Positions 17,019 to 28,329 are shown, numbered from the stretch's first letter. The stretch: 45,431 bases of DNA from Luminiphilus sp. (GCA_024638905.1 JAHEJH010000002.1:1-45431), one strand, 5' to 3'. The notes: generated by a model not told the origin, from the letters alone. Translations and numbers: made by a program.

Positions 17019-19124
17019 TTAACCCAGCTCCATATTAAAGGCAGGCAAACTGTCGAGGATACTGCGACCATAGCGACGGCTGAGTAACCGCGTATCGAGT
17101 AGCGTAACGCGGCCCTCATCTTCCTCGGTGCGCAGCAACCGTCCACTTGCCTGTACCAACTTCTGCGCCGCATCGGGAACACTGATCTCCATGAAGGGGT
17201 CTCGCCCCTGCGCCTCCAACAGTTCAGAGTGTGCCGCCGCAATAGGGTCATCCGGCACAGCAAAGGGGAGCTTGGCGATCACCACGTGTCGGCAATATTC
17301 GCCGGGCAAATCGATACCCTCAAAGAAGCTAGCCAGGCCAAAGATAGCGGAAGCCTCTCCCGCATCAATATGCGTCCGATGCTGATCCAACAATCGGGCT
17401 TTGCTCATCCGATCCTGAACCAGCACATGGTGGGTGAGTACCTGCTCAATCTGCTCGAGCACTGCCTCCATCTGTCGTCTAGACGTAAACAGTAACAACA
17501 CACCCGGGTCGTCCGCGATCAGGCCAGGAAGTCTGTCAATCAACTCGCGGGTATGGGCTTCCGGATTGCCGGGCTCTGATGCCATCTGCGGCACGCAGAA
17601 TGTCGCCCGACGAGGGTCAAACGGGCTTGCAACCTGCTTCCACCGTGCGCCGTCAGGGACGCCGGAACGCTCTCTAAATCGCTCGAAGGTCCCCAGAGCG
17701 GAGAGCGTTGCTGACGTAATGACCGCCCCCGCAGCACGCTGCCACAGTGCTTCATGCAGGAGTTCACCAGGCAGAATAGGGCTCGCCTGACACTCCACAG
17801 TCTGTGGCGTACCGCGGTGCTGGCACCAACGGGCCCAACCATCTCCCGGGTCACCCTCCCCCGGTGCGTCGGCAAAGGCACGCCAGACCGCCAGCTGCTG
17901 TTCCGCTCTAGCGACCAATCCCTGCGCATTGGCAAGGTTTAGATCCGGATCAGCCGCACCAGCGATCGCGCTGTCGGCGGATGAGGATCCCGAGGTCTGA
18001 CTGTTCTCCAACGCCGCCTCCAATCGTGTTGCCTCGCGATTGAGCTGATCCCACTGCGCAACGAGCCCTGCGGCCTGCTCCCTAAGATCCGCAGCAATTC
18101 GGCCATGGGGAAAGCGATGCTCTGCCCGCTCAAAATCTGCCTCCGGCAGTAACTGCCACAGCTGTTCCGCGATATCCTCGCTGCGCTGTATGAGGTCACC
18201 CACGAGCGATGTCATCGCCGGAATCAGGCGCTCGTCCAAACCCTGCGCCACCCATCCTTCCGCACTCGCTACCAGCCAGCGTTCGCTGTCCCGAAGCCCC
18301 TGTAATGTCCCGCCGGAATGGAACCGCAGGGCAAACTGGTTGAGACACTTAGCGGGCAACTGATGGCCCTCATCAAACACATAGAGGCTGTCTTCGGGAG
18401 CTGGCAGGATGACACCACCACCTAAACGCAGATCGGAAAGTACCAAATCGTGATTGGTAACGATCACGTCGGCCTCTTCCAACCCTTCGCGGGCGCGAAA
18501 AAAACTGCACTGCGCAATATGAGGGCATCGCCTGCCCGTGCACTGGCTTTGATCCGTGGTAATGAGTCTGCGGACGCTCGGCGACAGTTGCTCGGGCCAG
18601 GCATCCAGATCTCCGTCCCAGCTCCCGTCACCCAAAGCCTGAATCATTTCCTCGAGAATCGGGCCAGCCAGCTCCTCACCCGCGCCAGGAAACTCGTCGG
18701 GATAGAGCGGGATCAGCGGATCGGCGCCCTGATCCGACAGCTGATGATCCAGCTTGAGCAGACAGACATAGCGGCCTCGACCCTTGGCCAGCACAGCGTC
18801 AAAGGTCAAGCCGCTGTGCCGCATAACATCCGGCAGGTCGCGAAACAGCAACTGTTCCTGCAGCGCGACTGTCGCTGACGCCAGTACCAGTTTCTTTCCA
18901 CGAGCGCGCGCGACCGGCAGTGCCGAGACGAGATAGGCGATCGTCTTTCCCGTACCTGTGCCAGCTTCAACCACTGCGATGGGGGTCTCGGCCTCCGGGT
19001 CAGCCAGGGCGTTGGCGACCTCCGCAATCATCTGGCGCTGGCCCCAACGTGGCACCAGATTGAGCGAATCGGTCAGTTCCTGATAAGCAGCGCGAATCTC
19101 GGCTTGCAGGCACTCGTCAATCAC
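17019..19124 (-). CDS. dinG: ATP-dependent DNA helicase DinG
   Basis: R.GQ..MI Q-motif, EAGTGTGKT, four Fe-S cysteines, DEGH, SF.EG.DLPG and Q.SGRL.R motifs. Confidence 0.93.
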   Translation of the reverse strand: MIDECLQAEIRAAYQELTDSLNLVPRWGQRQMIAEVANALADPEAETPIAVVEAGTGTGKTIAYLVSALPVARARGKKLVLASATVALQEQLLFRDLPDVMRHSGLTFDAVLAKGRGRYVCLLKLDHQLSDQGADPLIPLYPDEFPGAGEELAGPILEEMIQALGDGSWDGDLDAWPEQLSPSVRRLITTDQSQCTGRRCPHIAQCSFFRAREGLEEADVIVTNHDLVLSDLRLGGGVILPAPEDSLYVFDEGHQLPAKCLNQFALRFHSGGTLQGLRDSERWLVASAEGWVAQGLDERLIPAMTSLVGDLIQRSEDIAEQLWQLLPEADFERAEHRFPHGRIAADLREQAAGLVAQWDQLNREATRLEAALENSQTSGSSSADSAIAGAADPDLNLANAQGLVARAEQQLAVWRAFADAPGEGDPGDGWARWCQHRGTPQTVECQASPILPGELLHEALWQRAAGAVITSATLSALGTFERFRERSGVPDGARWKQVASPFDPRRATFCVPQMASEPGNPEAHTRELIDRLPGLIADDPGVLLLFTSRRQMEAVLEQIEQVLTHHVLVQDRMSKARLLDQHRTHIDAGEASAIFGLASFFEGIDLPGEYCRHVVIAKLPFAVPDDPIAAAHSELLEAQGRDPFMEISVPDAAQKLVQASGRLLRTEEDEGRVTLLDTRLLSRRYGRSILDSLPAFNMELG

Positions 19125-20286
19125 ATGATCGGTCCTTGTCAGTGATATCGAGCGCCAGCTGACGGCTCACCGGATTCGCGTACATGGTCAACAGCCACTG
19201 CCGATGTTCACCCGACACGCTATCGATGCGGGCCCTAAACGACTGCTCTGTCACCGACCCTTCGTGAAAGGCTAGCGCCACCGGGACGCTTTCGCCATGC
19301 AACCACTCCCACGCCCAGCGATTGGTTTGATAGAGCCGGTAATGCCGGGCCATTTGTTGGTCCAGCGCGGCGACCACCTCCTCCACCGACAAATCCGCCG
19401 GCAATGGTTCGCCAAAGTGGAGATGAACGCAGCCTTTATCGCCCGTGATACCCCGGGCAATGGAGGACACGTCCTCAAACTCCGCCTTGACGTACCCTTC
19501 GCCGGCGGCAAGTTCGGCTGCCTTCAGCGCGTCACAGGGATCGAGCTCATAGGAGATCACCAGCGGGACAATATTGAGGTCTGAGAGCACCGCCTCCGGT
19601 GCCTCACCGCGCTCCCGGGACAGGGTAAGCATTTTGATCACTGCGGGCTCGGTCAGATCGCGACCGTCTTTTGCCCGACCCTCACGATGCGCGATCCAGA
19701 TCGGATCACGGTCCGCGCTCACAGAGTCACGGATATATTCAGACAGCAGCTTGGTAGCCGCCAACAGCGCGCGTGGACCGCTCACATTCCGCTTCACAAC
19801 AAAGCTCTTGTTGAGTCGCAACAGGTCCGCCACCCAGGGCTTGGAGAGCAAATTGTCGCCAATGGCAATCGCCAGCGTGTTGGCGCCCGCCCGGTGCAGC
19901 GCGTAATTGGCATAGGCCGGGTCCATCACAATATCCCGGTGGTTACCGAGATAAACGCGGGCAGGGCGTAAATCTAGTTTGTCGATGCCACTGACGGTAA
20001 AAACCGATGTTTTTTTAATCATCCGCGACAAATTAGGGGCGATCAGATTCTGGAGATCCTCGACGGTCCTAAGTCGCTTCGCCGCCAGCCGCAACCAAAC
20101 CTTGCCCATTTGCCTTGCCAACGCAGGCCACAGAGCACTGAGACGCGGCAAACGCCATAGGGCAATGGTCTTTGCCAGCTCGGTGTCACGCGAGAGCCGT
20201 CTGAGTACCTCGGGTGCGTCCAGATTGGAATACGGCCGGATCTCCGCGAACGGGTCGTCGGGCTCTGACGCTGGCGAATCTGTCAT
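19117..20286 (-). CDS. Glycerolipid acyltransferase (PlsC/GPAT family)
   Basis: NHRDIVMD (HX4D), AIGDNL and WIAHREGRAKDG motifs. Probable ATG at 20286; overlaps dinG start by 8 bp. Confidence 0.82.
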   Translation of the reverse strand: MTDSPASEPDDPFAEIRPYSNLDAPEVLRRLSRDTELAKTIALWRLPRLSALWPALARQMGKVWLRLAAKRLRTVEDLQNLIAPNLSRMIKKTSVFTVSGIDKLDLRPARVYLGNHRDIVMDPAYANYALHRAGANTLAIAIGDNLLSKPWVADLLRLNKSFVVKRNVSGPRALLAATKLLSEYIRDSVSADRDPIWIAHREGRAKDGRDLTEPAVIKMLTLSRERGEAPEAVLSDLNIVPLVISYELDPCDALKAAELAAGEGYVKAEFEDVSSIARGITGDKGCVHLHFGEPLPADLSVEEVVAALDQQMARHYRLYQTNRWAWEWLHGESVPVALAFHEGSVTEQSFRARIDSVSGEHRQWLLTMYANPVSRQLALDITDKDRSCD

Positions 20287-20383
20287 GCTGGTACCGTCAT
20301 CGAACGCTGGTGTATTGTGCCGTTGCTGTGGGGTTTCTGATACCCTGCGCACCGCTCGGCAACCTACCCCTCAGAGACCGCAA

Positions 20384-20608
20384 ATGGAAGCTTCAAGTTC
20401 CTTTTTAATGACGCTCGGTGCAGCGTCACTGCTGATCAGTTGGATACTGCTACTCATTGCCGCCTGGCGGGAAGAGTACGCCTGGGGCATGTTCGCCCTG
20501 CTGCTGCCGCCCGTCGGCTACGCCTATGCCCTATTTCGGCTCGATAAAGCTGGGGCTTCCATAGGGTGCGCCTTGCTCGGCTGGATTTTGATCTGGTTGG
20601 GCTGGTAA
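20384..20608 (+). CDS. Small hydrophobic membrane protein (74 aa), unknown function
   Basis: C-terminal part of ORF 19979..20608 from ATG 20384; two to three hydrophobic segments; fills the gap before rpsT. Confidence 0.6.
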   Translation: MEASSSFLMTLGAASLLISWILLLIAAWREEYAWGMFALLLPPVGYAYALFRLDKAGASIGCALLGWILIWLGW

Positions 20609-20652
20609 ACGGGTAAAACACCCTAATATCGAGGGGCTAGGCCTCTCTGCAG

Positions 20653-20681
20653 TTGACATTAAACCGTGTATCTCTGATGAT
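20653..20681 (+). promoter_or_regulatory. Sigma70 promoter of rpsT
   Basis: TTGACA-17bp-GATGAT followed by a GC-rich discriminator (TCGCGGCC). Confidence 0.65.
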
Positions 20682-20715
20682 TCGCGGCCTTTTTTGATCC
20701 CTACGGAGCACAACG

Positions 20716-20982
20716 GTGGCTAATTCACCCCAAGCAAGAAAGCGGGCACGCCAGAACGACAAGCGTCGCACGCACAACGCGAGCCTGAGATCGCTGGTCC
20801 GCACCAAAATTAAGCAGGTTCTCGCGGCAGCAGATACCGGCAATGCTGACGACGCTCGCGCCGCCTATGATTCAGCGGTGCCTGTGATCGACAGAATGGC
20901 GAATCGCGGCATCATCAAAAAGAACAAGGCCGCCCGCCACAAGAGCCGACTGAACGCCCGCGTGAAGGCGATGGCGAGCTAA
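20716..20982 (+). CDS. rpsT: 30S ribosomal protein S20
   Basis: MANSPQARKRARQ...HNASLRS...KNKAARHKSRL. Confidence 0.98.
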   Translation: MANSPQARKRARQNDKRRTHNASLRSLVRTKIKQVLAAADTGNADDARAAYDSAVPVIDRMANRGIIKKNKAARHKSRLNARVKAMAS

Positions 20983-21010
20983 GATCTCTGTTCAGGGTTG
21001 GCCAGCTCGC

Positions 21011-21289
21011 TCAGCCGGCGAGATAGTGGTCCAGCCCCGCTTCAATCTCTCTGGTGATGACCCCTTTCAGGGGTCGCATCATAAGCCCCAAACGTACCTC
21101 TCCCACGACGCGCTCATCCTCCAGAGTCACGGTGCCTGAGAATCCACTGCCATCAAATTGAATCGTTCTAGCAGCCCTTGCGACCGAGGCGCCAAGGGTA
21201 TCGCCAAGGTGCGCGGCAAGCTGCTCCAGCGCGGCTTCCTGAGCGGCCTGATTCAGTTGATGACAGCGCGACAGACGAATAATAGACAT
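21011..21289 (-). CDS. Polyhydroxyalkanoic acid system family protein (PHA granule-region small protein)
   Basis: 92 aa; I...R.H.L, F.GSG.SG.V and LG..M...KG.I..EI...LD pattern recalled for this family. Confidence 0.7.
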   Translation of the reverse strand: MSIIRLSRCHQLNQAAQEAALEQLAAHLGDTLGASVARAARTIQFDGSGFSGTVTLEDERVVGEVRLGLMMRPLKGVITREIEAGLDHYLAG

Positions 21290-21361
21290 TCAATAATTAG
21301 ATTGGGGTCGGGTACCAATACCGCTATCCTACACTGCCTCGATTATGGGTATCCCACCACC

Positions 21362-22225
21362 ATGAGCCACCTTACCGACAGCAGTCAACGCTTCCTGTTT
21401 GACGGTGTCGATGTGCGTGGCGAATCGGTGCGAATAGCAAGCGCGTTGACAGACATGCTGGGCAACCAAGCCTACAGTCCAACGTTAAAGTGCCTTCTGG
21501 GAGAGTTTGCGGCAGCCGCTGTGCTGATCAGCAACAATCTCAAATATGAAGGTCGCATCATCCTGCAAGCCCGCAGCAAGCAAGCTGTCTCATTGGTCAT
21601 GGTTGAGTGTTCCAGTGAGCGCCACATTCGCGGCATTGCCCAAGGCGACCTGAGCGCTGATGCCGACGACCCCATGACCCTACTGGCAGACGGGCAGTTG
21701 GTCCTGACCGTTGAACGCGAGGCGGGCCAACGGTATCAGGGCATCATTGCACTCGAGGGCGGCACCTTAGCAAGTGCGCTGGAGGATTATTTCTCACAGA
21801 GTGAGCAGTTGGGCACCCGGTTTTGGCTTGCCTCAGACGGGGCCCACAGCGCAGGACTGATGCTTCAGCAGCTACCTGCGCAACTGGCGGACGGTGAAAA
21901 ACGCAGCGAACAGTGGTCAACGCTTTGTTTGCTGACAGAAACGGTACAAGCTGATGAGCTGCTGGACCTAACGCCAGAAGCGTTGTTATTCAAGCTCTAT
22001 CAGGAGGAAACCGTAACGGTATACCCACCGGCCCCGATTTTGTTTAAATGTCGGTGCAGTCGCGAGCGAAGCGCCGACGCGATATCCCTGTTGCCCGAAT
22101 CCGAGCGAGAGGAGATTCTCGCTGAGCAAGGCGACATCACGATGACTTGTGAATTGTGTGGCACGACCTATCAATTTGGTCGCGAGATATTACCCCCACA
22201 GAGCGCAGGTACAACGCTGCATTGA
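21362..22225 (+). CDS. hslO: Hsp33 redox-regulated chaperone
   Basis: RFLF....VRG, YQGII, YFSQSEQL.T and LQQLP motifs; CRCS and CELC zinc ligands. ATG at 21362. Confidence 0.93.
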   Translation: MSHLTDSSQRFLFDGVDVRGESVRIASALTDMLGNQAYSPTLKCLLGEFAAAAVLISNNLKYEGRIILQARSKQAVSLVMVECSSERHIRGIAQGDLSADADDPMTLLADGQLVLTVEREAGQRYQGIIALEGGTLASALEDYFSQSEQLGTRFWLASDGAHSAGLMLQQLPAQLADGEKRSEQWSTLCLLTETVQADELLDLTPEALLFKLYQEETVTVYPPAPILFKCRCSRERSADAISLLPESEREEILAEQGDITMTCELCGTTYQFGREILPPQSAGTTLH

Positions 22226-22300
22226 ATCGATGACGTAGACGCATCGAATTGAGAAAAATGCTTAACAGCAAAAGAAATAGTACTCAGTACGGAAACCAAC

Positions 22301-23863
22301 ATGAGCGAAGCTGCCATTTCGACCCCGGATATTCACTCCGGCCTGACTTCAACTGATCTGATTGACATGGCCCTGGCACGGGGCGAGGGCGTGTTATCTG
22401 ACACCGGTGCGCTGCGAGTCGAGACGGGCGCGCGGACGGGACGCTCCCCGGCGGATCGTTTTGTCGTCCGAGAACCCTCCAGCGAGGACGCTATCGACTG
22501 GGGCGGTGTCAACCGACCATTTGATGCAGACCGATTCGATGCGCTGTGGGAGCGGGTCAAGTCACACGCGCATCAATCTGAGACCTGGGTGCAGCACCTG
22601 CACGTGGGAGAGCACAGCGATCACTATCTGCCGGTGAAAGTCATCACCGCCACGGCCTGGCAGTCACTCTTTGGCCGCAACATGTTCATCCGCCCTGACA
22701 CCTACAATCCGGCCAACAAGCCCGAGTGGAAGATTCTCAATGTGGCCGACTTTGTCTGTGACCCCGAGCGGGACGGCACCCATTCGGACGCCACGGTGAT
22801 CATCAATTTCGGCCAGCGAAAAGTGCTGATCGCGGGAATGCGTTACGCAGGTGAGATGAAAAAAGCCATGTTCTCGGTACAGAATTTCCTGCTTCCCGAG
22901 AAGGATGTCATGCCCATGCACTGCTCGGCCAACATTGGAGAAGACGGCGACACCACGTTGTTTTTCGGCTTGTCGGGCACTGGCAAGACCACGTTGTCGG
23001 CGGACCCGGAGCGCTACCTCATTGGCGATGATGAGCACGGCTGGTCCAAGGGGTCCGTGTTCAATATAGAGGGCGGTTGCTACGCCAAGACCATCGATCT
23101 GAGTCGCAAAAATGAACCGGTCATCTGGGACGCGATTCGCGGCGGTGCCATCATTGAAAATGTGGTGCTGGATGATCAGGGGCACGCCGACTACAGCGAT
23201 ACAAGCCTGACCGAGAATGGCCGCTGCTGTTATCCGCTGGAGCATGTCGACAAGCGCTCGGAGACCAACGCCGGTGGCGAGCCCAAGTGCGTCATTTTTC
23301 TCACTTGTGACGTCTTCGGCGTGTTGCCGCCGATTTCGATCTTGTCAAAAGAGGCCGCCGCGTTTCATTTTCTCTCGGGCTATACCGCCCGGGTTGGCTC
23401 TACCGAGGTAGGCGCCGCGGCCGGTATCAACCCCACCTTCTCAACCTGCTTTGGCGCGCCTTTCATGCCTCGTCCTGCAGGAGATTACGCCGAGCTGTTG
23501 ATCAAACGGATCGAAGACTTCGATAGCCAGGTCTACCTCATCAATACCGGCTGGACGGGTGGCTCCGGCGCCCCAGGTGGCTCGGGATCACGGTTCCCGA
23601 TCCCCGTCACGCGCGCCGTGGTGAAAGCGGCGCAGGATGGCTTACTGTTGGGTGTTGAGACCCGCCACATCGAGAGCCTTAACCTCGACTACCCGGTCAG
23701 CATCCCGGATGTGGACGACCAATATGTCGATCCCAAAGCAGGCTGGGGTAATGACGAGGCCTACGAAGCCCAGGCGAGCCAACTGGCGGCGCTGTTCCTC
23801 GAAAATATTACCCACTTTGACGTCAGCGAGGCGATTGTGGCGGCGGGTCCCAAGAGCGGCTGA
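22301..23863 (+). CDS. pckA: Phosphoenolpyruvate carboxykinase (ATP)
   Basis: [37 protein letters not shown] and FSTCFGAPF motifs. Confidence 0.97.
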   Translation: MSEAAISTPDIHSGLTSTDLIDMALARGEGVLSDTGALRVETGARTGRSPADRFVVREPSSEDAIDWGGVNRPFDADRFDALWERVKSHAHQSETWVQHLHVGEHSDHYLPVKVITATAWQSLFGRNMFIRPDTYNPANKPEWKILNVADFVCDPERDGTHSDATVIINFGQRKVLIAGMRYAGEMKKAMFSVQNFLLPEKDVMPMHCSANIGEDGDTTLFFGLSGTGKTTLSADPERYLIGDDEHGWSKGSVFNIEGGCYAKTIDLSRKNEPVIWDAIRGGAIIENVVLDDQGHADYSDTSLTENGRCCYPLEHVDKRSETNAGGEPKCVIFLTCDVFGVLPPISILSKEAAAFHFLSGYTARVGSTEVGAAAGINPTFSTCFGAPFMPRPAGDYAELLIKRIEDFDSQVYLINTGWTGGSGAPGGSGSRFPIPVTRAVVKAAQDGLLLGVETRHIESLNLDYPVSIPDVDDQYVDPKAGWGNDEAYEAQASQLAALFLENITHFDVSEAIVAAGPKSG

Positions 23864-23887
23864 AGCCCGCGAGGGAACCTTTAAAAG

Positions 23888-26800
23888 TCAGCTGGCAGGG
23901 TTCGATAACGCCGGCGAGTCATCTTTACCGCCAAGCCATCTCGCTCGCAAAGCGCGCGCGTCCTCCGCGATCAAGTACAGCGCCGGCACCAGTACCAGCG
24001 TGACCCCCGTCGCAAACAGCACGCCAAAAGACAGCGATGTCACCATGGGTATCAGAAACTGCGCCTGAACGCTCGTCTCGGACATGATGGGCAGCAAGCC
24101 GACGAAGGTAGTCAGTGAGGTCAGGATAATAGGCCGGAAGCGGTCCTCGCCCGCCTGCAGCAGTGCCGTCACCAATTCCATACCCTCCTCTCGAAGGCGA
24201 TTGATGCGATCAATGAGCACCAGATTGTCGTTGACTACGACACCGGCGCACGCGGTCACCCCCATGATGGAAAACATGCTGACCTGCCAGCCCAGAATCA
24301 TGTGACCAAAAATGGCGCCCATGAGTCCGAACGGTACGGCAGTCAAAATCAACAGCGGCTGCCAGTACGATCGGAAGGCGACCGCCATCAGGGCATAGAT
24401 CACCATCATGGCGAGTGCCATCAGCCGCACGGTGGCCTCGCGAAATTCGATTTCTTCCTGCAATTCCCCATCGAGGTTCACAAACAAGTCGGGGTATTGC
24501 TGTTGCCACTTAGGCAAATAATCGCGGAACACCGACTGCACAATCGCGCGCGGCGGCGGGCCATTCGCTTCAACGTCTGCCTCCACTTCCAACGTACGCA
24601 GGCGATCGAGTCGCTCCAATTTTTGATACCCGGCTTCAACCCGATAGGTGGCTACGGCCTCAAAAGGCACCTCACCGCCACCGGGCGTACGGATATACAT
24701 ATCATTCAAGTTAGCGATAGCGAGCCGCTCTATCTCTGGATAACGCACCATGACCTTGACGTCTTCTCGCCCTCTGGGAATACGCTGCGCTTCTGCACCG
24801 TAAAACGCCTGTCGCACTTGTCGCGCCACATCCACCAGGCCAACGCCCAATGTTTCCGCCGCGGGCTTTAACTCCAGTACCAACTCATCCCGGGGGCTAT
24901 CGAAGCTGTCAGAGACGTCAAAGACGCCGGGGTAGGAGAGCAGTGCCTCTCGCACATCCTCTGCCATCGCCTCTAAGTCCTCAACCTTGCGCGAGGCGAG
25001 CACGAGCCTGATGGGTTTGCCTGGATCACGGATGGTGTAATCCATGCGCACTTCTTTGGCTTCAGAAAGAGAACCTGAATCCGACCTGAGCTCAAGGGCA
25101 AAGGCCTCGGTGTCCACCCCCTCACTGACGGTGGCGATCACCACCTCTACTTCGTTGTCGTTGGCACGGCCCAAAATGCTGCCGATGGCCGGGGCGTCTT
25201 CATACTCGGGGCGATGGTTCCACTCTGTCTTCAGGGCTTCGGCAGCATCCACAACACGCTGCATCACCAGCTCTGACTGCGAAAAAGAGCCGCCCTCGGG
25301 CATGACAATTTTCGCCTCGACAAAGTCGGAATTGATACGCGGGAAAAAAGCGGACCTCAGCCAACCACCACCATAAAAGGCGAGGCTCAAGCTAAGCATG
25401 ACCAGAAAGAAACCCGCCACCAGCATATGATGCTGCAGTGCCCACTTGAGAAACGGCCGGTAACGGGTGCGTGCGAAGGAAACCAACCCTTCCGCGCATC
25501 GATTTCGCCAATCCTCGAGTCGTTTTAACAGTGGCGTTGTCGCGGGCTGCTCGGGGCCCAGTCGTGAGAGATGTGCCGGCAGAATCCACAAACACTCAAC
25601 CAGCGAAAACATCAGCACCAACAGGACCACAACCGGAATCCCCTTAGCCGCGTGAGCCCACTCTCCAGGCATAAACATCATGGGCGCGAAAAACACCATC
25701 GTACTGATCACCGCGAACAGCACGGGCTTAAACACTTCCCGGACGCCCCACAAGGCTGCCGACTCGCCCTCCACGCCTCTGGTCTGTACCGTGTGAATGG
25801 ACTCACCAACAATGATGGCGTCGTCGACCACAATGCCCAGCACCAGCAGGAAGGCAAACAGAGAAATCATGTTGAGTCCGACACCGGTATAGGGGAGTAA
25901 GAAAAATGCCCCTAGAAAGGCAACGGCAATACCCACGGAAACCCACACTGCCACAGCCGGTCTCAGGAACAGCACCAGCACCAAAAACACCAACAACAGA
26001 CCACCTAAGCCGTTCTTCAGCAGCGTCTCGACACGCCCCTTAAACGGCACCGCCGCGTCACGCCAAAAAGACAGGGTGGCCCCTTCAGGTAGGTTTGGGG
26101 TCTGCTTGGCCACCCATTCATTGATGACCCGAGAGGACTGCACCACATCGGGGTTAGTCGTGACATAGGCATACAAGCCGTGCCCGGGCATACCATCGAA
26201 ACGGCTGAGGGTGTCGACATCCTCAAAGCCGTCGTCAATGGTGGCAACCTCACCGAGATATATCTGCGTACCATCTCTGGCGGTCAACAATACGATGCGC
26301 TCGAAGTCCTCCCGATAGTAGGCCTGACCCCGGGTTTGCACGCGGATGTCACCATCGGTGCCTTTGATCGCACCGGCGGGCAAATTCAGTGAGGCAGACT
26401 GAATCGCGCGGACCACATCGTCGAAGGACAGGTTGTGGCGTCGGAGATCCAGCTCCGACACATTAACCGACACTTCGTATCGGCGCGGCGACACCAGATC
26501 GACAACCGAAATCCAGGGCTGGCGGGCCAGGTCGTCGCGCAGCGTCTCGCCGAGTTCTTTGAGCTCCCATTCATCCAGCTCACCGGCTAACTGCACGATG
26601 CCCAGCATGTGGCGGTAGATGAGCTCGGTCACCACGGGGCGCTCGGCGTCGGTCGGGAAAGTGGTGATCGCATCGACCCGGGTTTTAATCTCGTTGGTCA
26701 GTCGCTGAGTGGGATAGCCTGTCAACGCCTCGACAATCACCTGCCCCATACCATCAGAAGCGGTAGAGCGAATCTCCTTGATGCCGTCGAGGTCGTGAAT

Positions 26801-27022
26801 CGCCTCCTCGATCCGCACACAAATTTGCTCTTCCACCTCTCGCGGGCTGGCCCCGGGAAACGGCATAGCAATGCTGATGCGATCGACAACGGGTGTAGGG
26901 AAGAACTGCTTGTCGAGGCCCGGAATGTTATAGAGCCCACCGACCACCAACACCACCATCATGAGGTTTGCTGCGATCGGATTGGAAATGAACCAGCCTA
27001 GGAGGCCCGGTTTGTCAGCCAC
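23888..27022 (-). CDS. RND efflux transporter, permease subunit
   Basis: 1044 aa; NPIAANL, GIVVDDAI and RFRPIILTSLTT motifs. Confidence 0.93.
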   Translation of the reverse strand: MADKPGLLGWFISNPIAANLMMVVLVVGGLYNIPGLDKQFFPTPVVDRISIAMPFPGASPREVEEQICVRIEEAIHDLDGIKEIRSTASDGMGQVIVEALTGYPTQRLTNEIKTRVDAITTFPTDAERPVVTELIYRHMLGIVQLAGELDEWELKELGETLRDDLARQPWISVVDLVSPRRYEVSVNVSELDLRRHNLSFDDVVRAIQSASLNLPAGAIKGTDGDIRVQTRGQAYYREDFERIVLLTARDGTQIYLGEVATIDDGFEDVDTLSRFDGMPGHGLYAYVTTNPDVVQSSRVINEWVAKQTPNLPEGATLSFWRDAAVPFKGRVETLLKNGLGGLLLVFLVLVLFLRPAVAVWVSVGIAVAFLGAFFLLPYTGVGLNMISLFAFLLVLGIVVDDAIIVGESIHTVQTRGVEGESAALWGVREVFKPVLFAVISTMVFFAPMMFMPGEWAHAAKGIPVVVLLVLMFSLVECLWILPAHLSRLGPEQPATTPLLKRLEDWRNRCAEGLVSFARTRYRPFLKWALQHHMLVAGFFLVMLSLSLAFYGGGWLRSAFFPRINSDFVEAKIVMPEGGSFSQSELVMQRVVDAAEALKTEWNHRPEYEDAPAIGSILGRANDNEVEVVIATVSEGVDTEAFALELRSDSGSLSEAKEVRMDYTIRDPGKPIRLVLASRKVEDLEAMAEDVREALLSYPGVFDVSDSFDSPRDELVLELKPAAETLGVGLVDVARQVRQAFYGAEAQRIPRGREDVKVMVRYPEIERLAIANLNDMYIRTPGGGEVPFEAVATYRVEAGYQKLERLDRLRTLEVEADVEANGPPPRAIVQSVFRDYLPKWQQQYPDLFVNLDGELQEEIEFREATVRLMALAMMVIYALMAVAFRSYWQPLLILTAVPFGLMGAIFGHMILGWQVSMFSIMGVTACAGVVVNDNLVLIDRINRLREEGMELVTALLQAGEDRFRPIILTSLTTFVGLLPIMSETSVQAQFLIPMVTSLSFGVLFATGVTLVLVPALYLIAEDARALRARWLGGKDDSPALSNPAS

Positions 27023-28208
27023 TGGTCGGCCTCACCGCTGCCACCTCGATCGCAGCACCGGCTGCCAAAAGGCTGCTCTGCTCCGCAACAACTTGCTCGC
27101 CTGCGCTGATACCTCGCACCCAGACCAGGTCTTGTTCGCGTCGAAGCAACTCTACGGGTAGCCGTTCCAGTCGGCTGTTTTCGTTCACCAGGAGCACGGT
27201 ATTGTCCCCGCGCAAAGCAGTAGCGGGTAATTCAACCGATTGCTGAATCGGTTTGCCGCTAATGCTCGCCTCCACAAACAGTCCTGGTGTCAGCGGAGGT
27301 CTTTGTGAACCGGAGTCTCCAAACGGGTCATTCACTTCCGCAATCGCAAAAGTGACGCGGCTGTCGCGATCGATGCTGGCTTCTACGCGGGCAATCTTAC
27401 CCTCCCACTGCCAGCGCTCACCGCCGAATCGCGCGCTCAAGACCACCTCGGGGTAGGCCTCTACCGCGGTTTCAAACAGCGGCAGTTCTAGTAGTGCGAG
27501 CTGAGAATCACTGATCGGCAGATGCACCTCGACCCGCTCTGTGGCGTAGATCTGTGCCAACACGGTACCGGGCGCGACAAACTGACCAAGGTCAACCGAC
27601 TTCTTCTCCAGTCGGCCGTCAAACGGGGCACGAACCGTTGTCCGCTCCAAAGCCAGCTCGGCCGCGGCCACATCTGCCTGCGCTGCCACGAGCGAAGCCT
27701 CGGCGGCGCGGAGTTGCGGCTTGCGCAAAAATAGATCGTTCGCCTCGCTGGTACCGAGCTCTCGCCACTCTCTCTGCGCCTGCAGGTTACGGCCTCGCTC
27801 CTCTGCGACGCGTTGTGCGGCGGCAGCTTCCTGAGCACGTGCTCTAGCAATGGCAAATTCATAATCCGCTTTTTCAAGCTGCAGCAGGATGTCCCCCGCC
27901 TTGAAGAAACGCCCGTCGAGGAATCGATCACTCACGCTCTCTACTTTTCCACTGACCTGCGCAACTAATCCGACACGCCTTACCGGCTCTACGGTACCTT
28001 GCGTGCGAACAGAGATGCTGTGATCAGCAGGCGCGGCCAGGATGACGTCCACCAACGGGCGGCGCGGTTCCGGAAACTGGGTCGGCTGGGTTTGCGGCTT
28101 GCCCACCAGGACCACAAAACAGACCGCCAAACCGGCAGTCGTAAACACCGCCGAGCCGAACAATCGGCGGCGGGAAAAACGGCTGCTTTTGACGCTATTG
28201 TCAGTCAT
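27015..28208 (-). CDS. RND efflux periplasmic adaptor (membrane fusion protein)
   Basis: N-terminal anchor, GTV.P, helical hairpin, RAPFDG, VDLGQFV and PG.FV motifs. Probable ATG at 28208; 8-bp overlap with the permease. Confidence 0.9.
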   Translation of the reverse strand: MTDNSVKSSRFSRRRLFGSAVFTTAGLAVCFVVLVGKPQTQPTQFPEPRRPLVDVILAAPADHSISVRTQGTVEPVRRVGLVAQVSGKVESVSDRFLDGRFFKAGDILLQLEKADYEFAIARARAQEAAAAQRVAEERGRNLQAQREWRELGTSEANDLFLRKPQLRAAEASLVAAQADVAAAELALERTTVRAPFDGRLEKKSVDLGQFVAPGTVLAQIYATERVEVHLPISDSQLALLELPLFETAVEAYPEVVLSARFGGERWQWEGKIARVEASIDRDSRVTFAIAEVNDPFGDSGSQRPPLTPGLFVEASISGKPIQQSVELPATALRGDNTVLLVNENSRLERLPVELLRREQDLVWVRGISAGEQVVAEQSSLLAAGAAIEVAAVRPTSG

Positions 28209-28329
28209 CGGTGAACCACGGCTTCCGGTGCAGGTGAGTCTTGGGGGGCGAGATTTTATCGATTTACGCGTCGCAAAGATATTTGGCCCAGTGTGCAAAG
28301 CTACCAAACGGCCTTTGCAAAGGCTTTGT

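Noticed and set aside
19979-20383. N-terminal 135 codons of ORF 19979..20608
   Set aside because: Mostly antisense to the acyltransferase; only the hydrophobic part from ATG 20384 looks real.
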